64,000 nt of DNA from a virus (IMGVR_UViG_3300043449_002688:1-64000); one strand, 5' to 3'. Counted from the first letter of the stretch, positions 1 to 9,292 are shown. Notes: generated from the letters alone by a model not told the origin. Program-made: numbers and translations.

Positions 1-385
1 CAATGTTCTTTCCTTCAGGATGAGTGTTTTGTTTTATTGATTCGTTAAAATCTTCATCATCAAAAGCTTTTTTTAGATCAAATGCAGAAAGATAATATAG
101 TGTTTCGCATAAATTTTTAGCGGATTTAAGGTATTTTTCTTCAACTAAAAGTTTATGAAAATTAGATGGTTGATTTTTTAATAAAGTATTAAGGTTTAAA
201 GGGTTTTTAATAAATTTTTCTAAATCTTCTAAATTAACTTCTATTTTTTCTGATAAATATTTTTTTAAAAGAATATGAGTTTCTTTATCTAAAGACAAGA
301 AAAAATCATTTAATGATTTTGGTATTTCCAAAACCTCTTCTTTTTTTTGTAATGATCTTTTTTTTATCCAAGATTTTAAGTCCAT
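1..385 (-). CDS. Hypothetical protein, 3' end outside the window
   Basis: ATG at 385; frame stays open to the window edge (MDLKSWIKKRSLQKKEE...); directly follows the neck gene. Confidence 0.7.
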   Translation of the reverse strand, partial: MDLKSWIKKRSLQKKEEVLEIPKSLNDFFLSLDKETHILLKKYLSEKIEVNLEDLEKFIKNPLNLNTLLKNQPSNFHKLLVEEKYLKSAKNLCETLYYLSAFDLKKAFDDEDFNESIKQNTHPEGKNI

Positions 386-402
386 TTAGTTATTATACCT
401 TA

Positions 403-1296
403 TTAGACGTTAGAACTAAATAGCTTATTGCCGTATAAAGATTTCAATCTTTGAATAATTTTAATGTATTCTTTTTCAGCCAAATCTCTTTTAGTCTGCA
501 AAAGCTGTAGCATGTTATCGCTAATAGATTGAGATAATCCGTCAGCTCCCATAGACTGGCTTACGTTTCTAAATAATGGCAATAAATTGTCTATTAAAAG
601 CATTGCAGCTTTAGCCCCAATAGCTTCATTAATTATAACAGGTACGTCGCCTTGATCGCCCATCATGCCATGTAGCACTTCTACTGTCCAATATGCAGGA
701 ACCCATCCTTGTTGACCTATAAATTGCAATATTGTAGCACCGGCTGCAGGTACGGCTGTAGCTGTACCGATTGCGGTAAATGCCGGAGAAATAGGATTTA
801 CGTTAATATATCCTCTAGCTGCATTTCCCATTTCAATCCATTCTTTGGGGATTTCATAAATTCTTCCACCAGATGGGAATTGTTTATTTGCTTCAGGATT
901 TCCTTCGTCATCTAAGATATCAGTATAATTAGAAGAACAAATAGCCAATCTAATTACTTTTTTAATGGGCTTATTTGGAACTTCTAAGAAGATATTTTGA
1001 TAGTACAAATTTGGGTCAAATGACAGCCTATGCCTACGTACAGTAGGTAAAACATCTAATTGAGATTCAAGCTCAAACATGTTCATTCCACGTTTGATTA
1101 CATCAGAAAGCATTTTATTTGTTATTTTTTCACCAGTAATAGGGCTTGTCATTGGAACGCCAAAAAAGTATCTTTCTTTTAGCGTTTTTGCATCAATTAA
1201 AGGCTCGTATCTATCTATCGGGCCAACAGAATCTATTGCCCGTTCTGGATAAATTCCACCAGTTCCTTTTTTTGCTTTAGTAAAATTAGTGCTCAT
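403..1296 (-). CDS. Probable head-tail adaptor / neck protein
   Basis: C-terminal SQSMGADGLSQSI motif resembles neck proteins of SPO1/Twort-like phages; AGGAG RBS. Confidence 0.6.
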   Translation of the reverse strand: MSTNFTKAKKGTGGIYPERAIDSVGPIDRYEPLIDAKTLKERYFFGVPMTSPITGEKITNKMLSDVIKRGMNMFELESQLDVLPTVRRHRLSFDPNLYYQNIFLEVPNKPIKKVIRLAICSSNYTDILDDEGNPEANKQFPSGGRIYEIPKEWIEMGNAARGYINVNPISPAFTAIGTATAVPAAGATILQFIGQQGWVPAYWTVEVLHGMMGDQGDVPVIINEAIGAKAAMLLIDNLLPLFRNVSQSMGADGLSQSISDNMLQLLQTKRDLAEKEYIKIIQRLKSLYGNKLFSSNV

Positions 1297-1311
1297 TTTA
1301 GCTCCTAAGAT

Positions 1312-1719
1312 TTAGCAGTAAAAACGTTCACTGTCGTTAACAATGACATTTAATCTTCCATCTAGCAAAATAGGAATAGTTTTGCCTCCATCGGTTAATG
1401 TAGCAGTAAGATTGCCAGAAATTTTATCGGTTGGCATCATATCAATTCGCCAAATTGACTTATCATCGGTAGGATAGGCCATTACGCCAGTTCTTGTAAT
1501 TTTTCCGCTTGAATCAATATTATCAAAAGTAAATTGCATTGTCGCAGAATTGGAAGGAATCCATCTCATTCCTTTGCATTCTGTACAACTATTTGATTTT
1601 TCTTGAATAAGTTGTATGTATATAGAATCGCCGGAGTCTTGAGTGTACTCAAGCTGGTCTACTGAACAGTAATTATTAACGCTAGAAACGCTTTCTAAAA
1701 GGCGCATGAGAATTCTCAT
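1312..1719 (-). CDS. Hypothetical beta-rich protein, probably virion
   Basis: ORF with GGAG RBS, CCTAATCTT motif 21 nt upstream, adjacent to the neck gene. Confidence 0.5.
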   Translation of the reverse strand: MRILMRLLESVSSVNNYCSVDQLEYTQDSGDSIYIQLIQEKSNSCTECKGMRWIPSNSATMQFTFDNIDSSGKITRTGVMAYPTDDKSIWRIDMMPTDKISGNLTATLTDGGKTIPILLDGRLNVIVNDSERFYC

Positions 1720-1740
1720 AAAGTCTCCTATCTTTGCAAA

Positions 1741-1749
1741 AAGATTAGG
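1741..1749 (-). promoter_or_regulatory. Putative late promoter element CCTAATCTT
   Basis: Exact motif recurring upstream of structural and lysis genes. Confidence 0.6.
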
Positions 1750-1785
1750 ATTACTTTACTTTTGCGCCATTAGATTTTTTATAAG

Positions 1786-2511
1786 TTATTTTAACCTATT
1801 AGACATAGGTGCTTTTGTATTTTTTTGTTTTTGGGGCTTTGGTTTTTGAGGCTTTGGTTTTTGAGGTTTTGACTTTTTTGCTTTTTCATCATATGGATTA
1901 GGCTTAATAAGCATAGTAGTCGGCATAGATTCCGCAATTCTTGGAACCGCGATATGATCAATTATACCCCATTTAATAGCCTCATTTGGTTCTAAATACC
2001 AATCTGCATTTCGCATATCTTTCATTTTATTTTTAATTTTAGCTAATGGAATATTTGTATCTTTTGCAAAATTTACATATACCATTTCATTTAATCTTTC
2101 GAAAGATTTAGCATTTTCTGAAATATCTGCAGCTTTTCCATAAGAGACCCAAGAAGCTTCGTGGACCATCATTTGTGTGCTTGGTGCCGCAAAACGCATG
2201 CCTTTTGTTCCTGCTGCAAGCAAAAGAACGCCACATGACATAGCCATACCTAAAGCTATCGTGGCTACAGGCTTATGGGAAGATTTAATAATATCTCTCA
2301 TGGCGAGTAAAGAATGAGCATCTCCACCATAGCTATGAATATAAATAGGAATTACTGGAATTGCAGGATTTGCTTCCATATATTTAAATTGCGACAAAAA
2401 TGAAGCGGTAGTAGTATCTGTAAATTCAGATACCCAAATATAATCTTGACCTACCAAAGGTGGTAAATAAGAGTAGGCTCCTGGTTTTGCTAGTTTATTT
2501 TCTTGATTCAT
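1786..2511 (-). CDS. clpP: ClpP-family serine protease (paralog 1)
   Basis: YIHSYGG, GMAMSCG (Ser), MMVHEAS (His), ADWYL (Asp), EAIKWGIID; Lys/Pro-rich tail. Confidence 0.9.
   Translation of the reverse strand: MNQENKLAKPGAYSYLPPLVGQDYIWVSEFTDTTTASFLSQFKYMEANPAIPVIPIYIHSYGGDAHSLLAMRDIIKSSHKPVATIALGMAMSCGVLLLAAGTKGMRFAAPSTQMMVHEASWVSYGKAADISENAKSFERLNEMVYVNFAKDTNIPLAKIKNKMKDMRNADWYLEPNEAIKWGIIDHIAVPRIAESMPTTMLIKPNPYDEKAKKSKPQKPKPQKPKPQKQKNTKAPMSNRLK
1825..1870 (-). repeat. 15-nt tandem repeat encoding (KPKPQ)n in the ClpP tail
   Basis: KSKPQKPKPQKPKPQKQK. Confidence 0.8.
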
Positions 2512-2798
2512 GATTCCTCCGCTATTACTTCAACTGATTGATTATTTAACTTATGCTCTGAAACAATAATTTTTTCATATCCGCCATGCTTTCCGCAAAG
2601 GGGAGTAGCATAAAACGGCGTTTTTGATGAAATCGATAATGAAGCTGGATGGCCTACTCCACTAACAAAACATTCAATATTACCATTAGTTGACACTGTA
2701 AATCCGCCTATTAGCTGAAAATATTCATCATAAATAGGCCAAGATTTGTTTGCTTCTGCCCATCCTAATTTTAAAGAAAACCTATAGACCCTTCCCAT
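2508..2798 (-). CDS. Hypothetical protein
   Basis: ORF overlapping its neighbours in operon fashion. Confidence 0.6.
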   Translation of the reverse strand: MGRVYRFSLKLGWAEANKSWPIYDEYFQLIGGFTVSTNGNIECFVSGVGHPASLSISSKTPFYATPLCGKHGGYEKIIVSEHKLNNQSVEVIAEES

Positions 2799-3039
2799 TT
2801 GTTTCCTCTAAAAATTTTAAAACATTTTCAAGCTTATTTTGTTTTTCTTTATTAATCCAAAAGGCTACAAAAGAAAGAAAAAACACAAATACAGAAAAAG
2901 CCAAAACAGGCTCATTTAAAATTGCCTGAAAAAGCATTATAATAGTTTGCCACATCATAAGATAAAAATTTACGTTTGCAAAAAAACCGTAAAGCTTAAT
3001 TTTTCTTTTAATTTGACTTAAAGGATCAATTTGTTGCAT
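2782..3039 (-). CDS. Small membrane protein with two predicted TM helices
   Basis: Two hydrophobic stretches with charged termini. Confidence 0.6.
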   Translation of the reverse strand: MQQIDPLSQIKRKIKLYGFFANVNFYLMMWQTIIMLFQAILNEPVLAFSVFVFFLSFVAFWINKEKQNKLENVLKFLEETNGKGL

Positions 3040-3053
3040 TTACTTTCTCTTTA

Positions 3054-4106
3054 TTAAAGAACTTTTGTAATAACCATGTCATCTTCTTCGCCTAAGACTT
3101 TATCTGCTAGCCCTAATTTAACGGCTTCTTGAGCTGTATAAACCGTATCTTTAGAGCATTCTTTTTCCCAAAAAGAAGAATCTTTTTTAGATTTTTTAGA
3201 ATAAATATCGTACATCATTTGCCTTGCTCTTTTAGATTCTTTACTCCAAGATTCTAAAGATTTTGGTTGTCCATCAAATTCTTGCGTTCCATCGTGAATT
3301 AAAAACCTGCAATTAGCAGTCAACTGTCGTTGATCTCCAGCTTGAAAAATAATAGTTGCCGTTGAAGCTACCATTCCTGTTCCAATCATAATTTTAGGAC
3401 AATGACTATTAACTAAAGCATCATAAAAAGCCAATCCGCTGTAAAAGTCTCCGCCGTTTGACATTATTTTAACTGTTACAGGAGCAAATGGGTTAATTTT
3501 CTCCATTAGCTCTAGCCCTTTTAAATAATTAGACGCTGATTCCTCAGTAATTTCATTAAACATAAATATGGTTCTACCTTCAACGTCATATCCATTATGA
3601 AAAATTTGTTCAATCCTTAAGTTCCTAGACTCTTTAATAGAAGACAAAGCGTTAATTGTTTCTATTACAGACAATTTGTCTCCTCTTATAGAGCTACAAG
3701 TTGAACAACATGGAACCACATTATCTATACTATACCCTATTTTTTTATCTAATGAAAGTCTGTCTAATCCTACGCCAGACAAAGGTAAGTTCCCACCACA
3801 ATAAAAACATGGTTTACTGTTTAATTTGATATAATCTTCTTTAGAAAGATTCCATCTTATTTTTCTTAGTTTTGATTCAGTTTTACCTTTATTATATCTA
3901 TCATTAACTGTATAAATTCTATTTTTTTGATAAAGCTTTATAGTCTCTAAAGTTTGAGGATTAGTTTCTTTTTTATAGCAATTTACGCATTTTGGCCCTT
4001 GATATTTAACATTTTTTATTGTTTTACAAGAAATACATTCTTTAGGGCTTAAAGGTTTTGTTTCTACCGTAGAAATAACACTTGGTTTTTCTTTGGTTTT
4101 TGACAT
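3054..4106 (-). CDS. HNH-type (CxxC...DR...GY...NxVPCCxxC) domain fused to ClpP protease (paralog 2)
   Basis: Likely start MSKTKEK at 4106 after AAGGA; CFYC/GLDR/GYSIDNVVPCCSTC, then IMSNGG, GMVASTA, FLIHDG, KDTVY, EAVKLGLAD; no stop between the domains. Confidence 0.85.
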   Translation of the reverse strand: MSKTKEKPSVISTVETKPLSPKECISCKTIKNVKYQGPKCVNCYKKETNPQTLETIKLYQKNRIYTVNDRYNKGKTESKLRKIRWNLSKEDYIKLNSKPCFYCGGNLPLSGVGLDRLSLDKKIGYSIDNVVPCCSTCSSIRGDKLSVIETINALSSIKESRNLRIEQIFHNGYDVEGRTIFMFNEITEESASNYLKGLELMEKINPFAPVTVKIMSNGGDFYSGLAFYDALVNSHCPKIMIGTGMVASTATIIFQAGDQRQLTANCRFLIHDGTQEFDGQPKSLESWSKESKRARQMMYDIYSKKSKKDSSFWEKECSKDTVYTAQEAVKLGLADKVLGEEDDMVITKVL

Positions 4107-4108
4107 AA

Positions 4109-4687
4109 TTAAATCCTTATTGCCTTTTCTAAAACCTGAATGCATACAAGAGTGTCATATTTTGCGCCATGAAGCTTGGTTTGGTCTACGTTAACCCCAA
4201 GCCAATTTGCTATTGCTCCAAGACTTAAACTCTGCTCTCTTGGTATTTTACCTTGATTTTTTGCCTTTTTCAATATTTCTCTGGTATCTAATCTATCAGA
4301 TTGAAATACGTATTTATTCCAAACTGTTTTTGGAATTAAATTTAATGTAATAAATTCTTCATCAAAAGGAATATTTTGACCAATTAAGGTTAGTTTTTTA
4401 TTTCCATTTTGGGTATGTTTTTCTAATTTTTGAAATAAAAGTTTTGCTGCTTCAGCAGGAGTAATAGCTGTTTTTTGAAGTTCTTTTAGGTTTATTTTGT
4501 TAATATTTAATGCCTCTTGCGTTACTCTATATCCTACTGGATCAGTTAAAGCAAGATCTAATTCATCTATTATTTTAAATTTATCTTCGCTTACTTTAAC
4601 ACAAAAAGCAAAATAAGCTGTCAGCAAAGAATTATTTACTGGGCTTAATCCGCCAGTTTCGGTATCAAAGGCAAGATAGATTTCCAT
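4109..4687 (-). CDS. DEDDh 3'-5' exonuclease (DnaQ/epsilon-like)
   Basis: FDTETGG, GQNIPFD, LDT, HGAKYD motifs. Confidence 0.9.
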   Translation of the reverse strand: MEIYLAFDTETGGLSPVNNSLLTAYFAFCVKVSEDKFKIIDELDLALTDPVGYRVTQEALNINKINLKELQKTAITPAEAAKLLFQKLEKHTQNGNKKLTLIGQNIPFDEEFITLNLIPKTVWNKYVFQSDRLDTREILKKAKNQGKIPREQSLSLGAIANWLGVNVDQTKLHGAKYDTLVCIQVLEKAIRI

Positions 4688-4695
4688 TTAAATAT

Positions 4696-4827
4696 TTAAT
4701 CTTCTGCTTTTTTGTCTTTTTTGTCTTTTTTAGCTTTTAAATAAAAATAAGCAGCTAAAATAGGTATCCCAAAAGGTACAAAAACTGCAAAAGCAACTCC
4801 CAGTGTTTTTAAAACTTTTTTCTTCAT
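4696..4827 (-). CDS. 43-aa membrane peptide missed by the ORF track
   Basis: MKKKVLKTLGVAFAVFVPFGIPILAAYFYLKAKKDKKDKKAED fills the gap between genes. Confidence 0.6.
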   Translation of the reverse strand: MKKKVLKTLGVAFAVFVPFGIPILAAYFYLKAKKDKKDKKAED

Positions 4828-4842
4828 TTATACTTAACCTTT

Positions 4843-4863
4843 AAAAAAGCCCATCCTTGGGCT
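4843..4863 (-). terminator. Rho-independent terminator
   Basis: AGCCCA-AGGA-TGGGCT hairpin followed by a T run on the minus strand. Confidence 0.6.
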
Positions 4864-4879
4864 AAATAAGGTAAGCCAA

Positions 4880-5341
4880 TCATTGGCCAGATTCTTCTAA
4901 AAATTTTGTCAAAGCAACATCTGCCTGTTCTTCTAAAACATTTTTTTCTTCAGAAGAAAGCTCATCTGAAACAGTAAGTACGGCTGTGCTTACATAGCCT
5001 ACTTTAAATAAGCATGCCTCATCTGAAGATGAACAAACTCCATTACCTTGCATGTGGCTCGCAATGGTATCTCCTAAAATTTGCAAACAAACATTTCCTT
5101 GAGTAAACATAATAATTGGGACTAATTCTGGATTTTCTAATCCTCTCATAATACATCCACTAACAAGATTTTTCATAACTTTTTTAGCGTTTTCACTTTC
5201 TTCAATTGCAGATGCAACAGGAGAAGGAGACAGCTTTTTTAGTAAAGTATTTCCAACCACCATAAGTAAAACCAACAAACCAACTACAACAACTTTACGT
5301 ACCCAATTACCTGTTTTCATTTTTTCTTTCACTTTTTTCAT
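4880..5341 (-). CDS. Hypothetical membrane-anchored or secreted protein
   Basis: N-terminal hydrophobic segment and four Cys. Confidence 0.6.
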   Translation of the reverse strand: MKKVKEKMKTGNWVRKVVVVGLLVLLMVVGNTLLKKLSPSPVASAIEESENAKKVMKNLVSGCIMRGLENPELVPIIMFTQGNVCLQILGDTIASHMQGNGVCSSSDEACLFKVGYVSTAVLTVSDELSSEEKNVLEEQADVALTKFLEESGQ

Positions 5342-5763
5342 AAAGCCTCCTTTGTATCAGAAAAGTAGGCTTCATCTATGCCTTCAAACCGCTTCATTGA
5401 TTGAGCTGCTTCAACAAGATTTTTGCCAACTAATTCAATAATTTTTTTATTTTGTTCTGTTTTATTTCCAAAAAATAATCTATTTAATTTAGATTGTTTA
5501 ACTGTAAAAGAAGTATTGTTATGATCTTTAACTACAAGAACGGCAGTATCAATTGCATCTTTTAAACTTTTAACTGTCATTTTGTAAGGAAGAACGATTT
5601 TAAGGGTTTTTAAAATTTCAGAATAAGCTAATTCAGTGTATTTAAATTTTTCTTTATCTAAAACTTTTTTTAAATGAAAATTTTTAGTAGTATTTGCTAC
5701 TATTAAAAAAGTTTCATACCAAGAAGGAAGTTGGCTATTATTTTCCTGTTGAACCAAACCCAT
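5338..5763 (-). CDS. Hypothetical protein
   Basis: ORF; start placed at the ATG after AAGGGG. Confidence 0.55.
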   Translation of the reverse strand: MGLVQQENNSQLPSWYETFLIVANTTKNFHLKKVLDKEKFKYTELAYSEILKTLKIVLPYKMTVKSLKDAIDTAVLVVKDHNNTSFTVKQSKLNRLFFGNKTEQNKKIIELVGKNLVEAAQSMKRFEGIDEAYFSDTKEAL

Positions 5764-6175
5764 TTTGGCCCCTTTGTGTTTCAGATAAAAATTCAACTTC
5801 TTCAAAATTTGCTTGAATTACTTCTGACAAAACACCTTGAGCAATTCTGTCGCCTTCATTAATAGTAAATGAATTTTGCGTATCAATATTTGTTACAATA
5901 ATTCCAATTTCGCCCCTAAAATCTGAATCAATTGTTCCAGGAGAATTGGCAATTCTTAAAGAAGTTTTATATGAAGTCCCAGAACGTGGTCTGATTTGTA
6001 ATTCATATCCTTCTGGGATTTCCATACAAAGACCTGTTTTAATAATAACTGTTTGTTGAGGTAAAATAATTATTTGATCAAGAGCTTGAAAATCAAATCC
6101 AGCAGCACCAGAAGTTGCATATAAAGGAGTTTTAGCGTTTACAGATGTTTTTTTAATTTTTACATTAATTTTCAT
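5738..6175 (-). CDS. dut: Trimeric dUTPase
   Basis: AAGFD, RPRSG, GTIDSDFRGE, GDRIAQ, RGQNGFGSTG motifs. Confidence 0.95.
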   Translation of the reverse strand: MKINVKIKKTSVNAKTPLYATSGAAGFDFQALDQIIILPQQTVIIKTGLCMEIPEGYELQIRPRSGTSYKTSLRIANSPGTIDSDFRGEIGIIVTNIDTQNSFTINEGDRIAQGVLSEVIQANFEEVEFLSETQRGQNGFGSTGK

Positions 6176-6210
6176 AAAACCCTTTATTAAAGTAAATCAT
6201 GAAAATAATG

Positions 6211-6855
6211 TTAAGGCAATTTTTTGCGTTTATTTAAAGCAGAATTTTGTTCTAGCCTATATTTTTTACCAGTATATATTTCATATAAGCTTTCAGAAAT
6301 TATATCTTTTTTGCTTAATTCAAGTACGTTTTCTGCAAGCATTTTTTTCCATTTATTAAGAATTTTTAAACTTTCTTTTTCTGGTACATTATGGACTTCT
6401 ATTTCAAAGAAAGTTTTTGCAGCAACTTTATATTGAGATTTGGGTACAGTTATTACATACCACACGATAGAAATCTCAGCTTTACCGTCTTGAATAAAAT
6501 ATATATCGCAGTCTTTGTATATAGAAAAAGAATGATTAAACCCCATTAAATTTAAGGCACGTTCTACTTCTGTTACTGGCATATCTTCTGTAATTTTAAT
6601 GTTTGCTTCATGCCGAACGGTAGTAGATTTATTAGATAGCCTTGCTTTTATTGTGATTTCGTTTAAATCAGAGCCTTGCCTATGTCTTGCCACTCTGCCA
6701 GAGTCAGATTCATAATAGTAATCAAAGCCATAAGCATGTTTTCCTTCAGCCTTATAGCTATGTTTTGAAAGAAATTCTGTTACTTTTTTATTATAAGCAG
6801 CCCTAGAAAGACTGCTTGCATCCCATTTAATTTCTATTTCTTTCAGTTTAGCCAT
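6211..6855 (-). CDS. CYTH / triphosphate tunnel metalloenzyme
   Basis: N-terminal EIEIK (ExExK), DYYY, RHR, ITIK, RHE, FFEIEV. Confidence 0.75.
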   Translation of the reverse strand: MAKLKEIEIKWDASSLSRAAYNKKVTEFLSKHSYKAEGKHAYGFDYYYESDSGRVARHRQGSDLNEITIKARLSNKSTTVRHEANIKITEDMPVTEVERALNLMGFNHSFSIYKDCDIYFIQDGKAEISIVWYVITVPKSQYKVAAKTFFEIEVHNVPEKESLKILNKWKKMLAENVLELSKKDIISESLYEIYTGKKYRLEQNSALNKRKKLP

Positions 6856-6869
6856 TTTATACCTATTAG

Positions 6870-7208
6870 TTAAGATACAACTGGATTTTCTGTAGGTTCC
6901 ATTACATTTTCTGTAACTGGCTCAGTTGAAACTTCCATATTTAAAAATGCCTCAATTTGGTCCAAAGGTGCATTTCTTAAGCGTCTAACAGTTCTTCGTA
7001 ATGGATTCATTGCTACTGGAATATCTATTTCTTCAAAAACAACTTGTCCGTCTTCTACTTTAACTTGATCATTTTCAAAAACAGGTCTTTTAATTTTTTT
7101 ACCAGAAGGAGTATATTTAATCTCATCTTCAACTCCCATAGCTTTTAATTTGTTAGCGAGAAGTTTAGACAAAGTTTTTTTATCTTTTTTAGACAATCCG
7201 TTATTCAT
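6870..7208 (-). CDS. Hypothetical protein
   Basis: ORF with AGGAGG RBS. Confidence 0.7.
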   Translation of the reverse strand: MNNGLSKKDKKTLSKLLANKLKAMGVEDEIKYTPSGKKIKRPVFENDQVKVEDGQVVFEEIDIPVAMNPLRRTVRRLRNAPLDQIEAFLNMEVSTEPVTENVMEPTENPVVS

Positions 7209-7268
7209 TTAAGCCTCCTGTTGGTATAAATTAAGAATATCTCAAAACGATATATTTGCAATAATTAA

Positions 7269-7297
7269 TTGCTTTTTGTAAAAAATACAAATATACT
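7269..7297 (+). promoter_or_regulatory. Sigma70-like promoter
   Basis: TTGCTT-N17-TATACT upstream of 7327. Confidence 0.55.
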
Positions 7298-7326
7298 AAT
7301 TTTGTACCTTAACAAAAGGAGTAAAT

Positions 7327-7596
7327 ATGAAAAAGCAAAAAGCAGTAAGCCAAATTATCGATCAAGTTTTGGAAAATGGTCGTTGCCTTGTTAAGCTTAA
7401 TCCTAAAAATCAAAAAATGGTACGTCAATTGGCAGAAGATTGTGTTGGTAGTAGTGTTATTCGCGCTGTACCTTGGGGATGCGGCAACGAAAAATACATT
7501 CTTTTTGCTGATATTAATCCAGTCGCAGTACAAACAACAGGTGAAGTAATTTTTGTTGATTTTAAAGCTAAAAAAGTCTTGAAAAGAGTGTCTTAA
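7327..7596 (+). CDS. Hypothetical protein
   Basis: AAGGAG RBS; promoter upstream. Confidence 0.7.
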   Translation: MKKQKAVSQIIDQVLENGRCLVKLNPKNQKMVRQLAEDCVGSSVIRAVPWGCGNEKYILFADINPVAVQTTGEVIFVDFKAKKVLKRVS

Positions 7597-7634
7597 TACT
7601 GTTAAGATATTAAAATACTTTTCTAGGAGTAGAA

Positions 7635-7832
7635 ATGAAAATTGATTTAAAAGATTTAAAAAAAGCTGTTCAATGGATTGAAAGCAATACAAATGCAGAT
7701 AAAGTTCAAGTTTACATAGGCGACAATAAACTTAACATTAGCACTATGGATAAATTTGGAGCACAAGTTGAAATCATTATTTTTGATGAAGCATCTATGA
7801 TGCCTAAAATTAAAAAAACAGATCTTTTGTAA
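7635..7832 (+). CDS. Hypothetical protein
   Basis: AGGAG RBS. Confidence 0.7.
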   Translation: MKIDLKDLKKAVQWIESNTNADKVQVYIGDNKLNISTMDKFGAQVEIIIFDEASMMPKIKKTDLL

Positions 7833-7842
7833 TATTTAAAAT

Positions 7843-7868
7843 AAAAAAGGCGGCCTTTCGACCGCCTT
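7843..7868 (-). terminator. Rho-independent terminator after the major capsid gene
   Basis: AAGGCGGTC-GAAA-GGCCGCCTT followed by TTTT on the minus strand. Confidence 0.85.
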
Positions 7869-7893
7869 AAAGTTCCATTACTTATACTAAATC

Positions 7894-9291
7894 TTAGTAC
7901 AAGTTGTCTACGATTACGTTCTTGCGAGGCTGATAGCCAGCAAGTGTCAAGAAGCGGAAGTGCGCTTCAGGAACGCTTAGATCGCTGATAGCAAGCTTCA
8001 TACGGCTGTATGGAGCAAGTTCATGGAATCCCCAAGTATCTTTTTGTACAAGGTAGCCTGTTACGAAAGCAGGAGCTTTGTTACCAAGATCTACGAATAG
8101 AGTAGTAGAAAGTCCTGAATTTTTAACTCGACCGATGTATTTAGCAGCGCCTTCAGAAGAGCCGCGATACACGTTAAAGTGAGTCGCGCCTGCTACGTTA
8201 GCGATTGTAAGCTCTACGCGGTTTCCAGCAGAAACTGCAGCAGTAGTAACTGCTTTGTAAAGACCTTCACCGATTTCGTTTTCAGCCGTTACAATATAAA
8301 CGTGTCCTGATGCAGATGGAGGAACCATTGCGCCAGAGCCAGTTACAGATGCAGTAAGGGTAGCTGGAGCAGCAGGTGAGCCGATCTGTGGACGAAGAGG
8401 AGCTGTTTTACCAGAAAGGAAACGAGAATCCTCAATAGCTACAGTACCGTTTGATACCCACTGACGACGAAGATCAGCACCTGAAGCGTCTTGAGCAGAA
8501 CCGCTCAATACGATACGTTGAATGCTGTTTGCGCCAGAACCAAGAGCAATTGCTTTGTTGTAGCCAGAAAGAACAACTGGGTCAACAAAGAGAGTCTCGG
8601 CTTTACCCATGTTCATGCGTGAACGAAGGGCAGCGTCTTCTACGATAGGTTGATCAAGTGCGCCATTCTTAGAAAGAACAACTGATTGATTTGAACCGTA
8701 AGAAGCAAACATAAGATCTTGAGTAGAAACAAGAATATCCGACATGCGGATTTGTGAATCTACGCCAAGCATGCTTGGAAGTTCAGGCATTGCAAGAGGG
8801 TTTCCGTCGAAAACACCGTTGTTTGAGAAGTCTGATTTACCTTTGAAAGAATCAAACTCGATGTCACCGGCAATTTTCATTGTGATATTTTCTGCTTCAC
8901 GATCTTCAGCCTTAACACCGTCGATAGTTTCCATCATGTTTGCTGCAACTGTTACACGAGTAACTGCGCTGTAGAAACACATTGGAACTGTCGCTCGAAT
9001 GTAATCGCCAACATTTACGTTACCGACTGCACCTTCGCGCTGAGCTGAACCACCAAATCGTCCATAAGACAATTGACGGTTGAATTGAACAAGAAGCGAT
9101 TTTGCTTTCTTGGTTGAGAAGAGTTTTTGCAATTTGATGTGGCTATCATCAAAAGTCACATTATGCATAACTGCTTCTAGGTTTTCGATCTGGAGTGCAG
9201 AACCTTGCACCAATTGTGAGGGAGCGGTATTATAGTTACCTGCCTCCAATGTTTTAACCAGACCTTCTAATGTTTTAATAAGGTCATTCAT
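7894..9291 (-). CDS. Major capsid protein, SPO1/Twort (Herelleviridae)-style, with an Ig/FnIII-like insertion
   Basis: N-terminal K-TLEAG...GSALQIENL arm; IEFDSFKG; PAAPATLTA...YIVTAEN...FNVYRG; ends PRKNVIVDNL; distinct codon bias; position after scaffold and before a strong terminator. Confidence 0.9.
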   Translation of the reverse strand: MNDLIKTLEGLVKTLEAGNYNTAPSQLVQGSALQIENLEAVMHNVTFDDSHIKLQKLFSTKKAKSLLVQFNRQLSYGRFGGSAQREGAVGNVNVGDYIRATVPMCFYSAVTRVTVAANMMETIDGVKAEDREAENITMKIAGDIEFDSFKGKSDFSNNGVFDGNPLAMPELPSMLGVDSQIRMSDILVSTQDLMFASYGSNQSVVLSKNGALDQPIVEDAALRSRMNMGKAETLFVDPVVLSGYNKAIALGSGANSIQRIVLSGSAQDASGADLRRQWVSNGTVAIEDSRFLSGKTAPLRPQIGSPAAPATLTASVTGSGAMVPPSASGHVYIVTAENEIGEGLYKAVTTAAVSAGNRVELTIANVAGATHFNVYRGSSEGAAKYIGRVKNSGLSTTLFVDLGNKAPAFVTGYLVQKDTWGFHELAPYSRMKLAISDLSVPEAHFRFLTLAGYQPRKNVIVDNLY

Positions 9292-9292
9292 T

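Noticed and set aside
7309-7692. 127-aa minus-strand ORF
   Set aside because: It overlaps two plus-strand genes that have good RBS and promoter signals
8080-8400. Ig/FnIII-like insertion in the capsid protein as a novelty
   Set aside because: A comparable insertion is, to my knowledge, typical of SPO1/Twort-type capsid proteins
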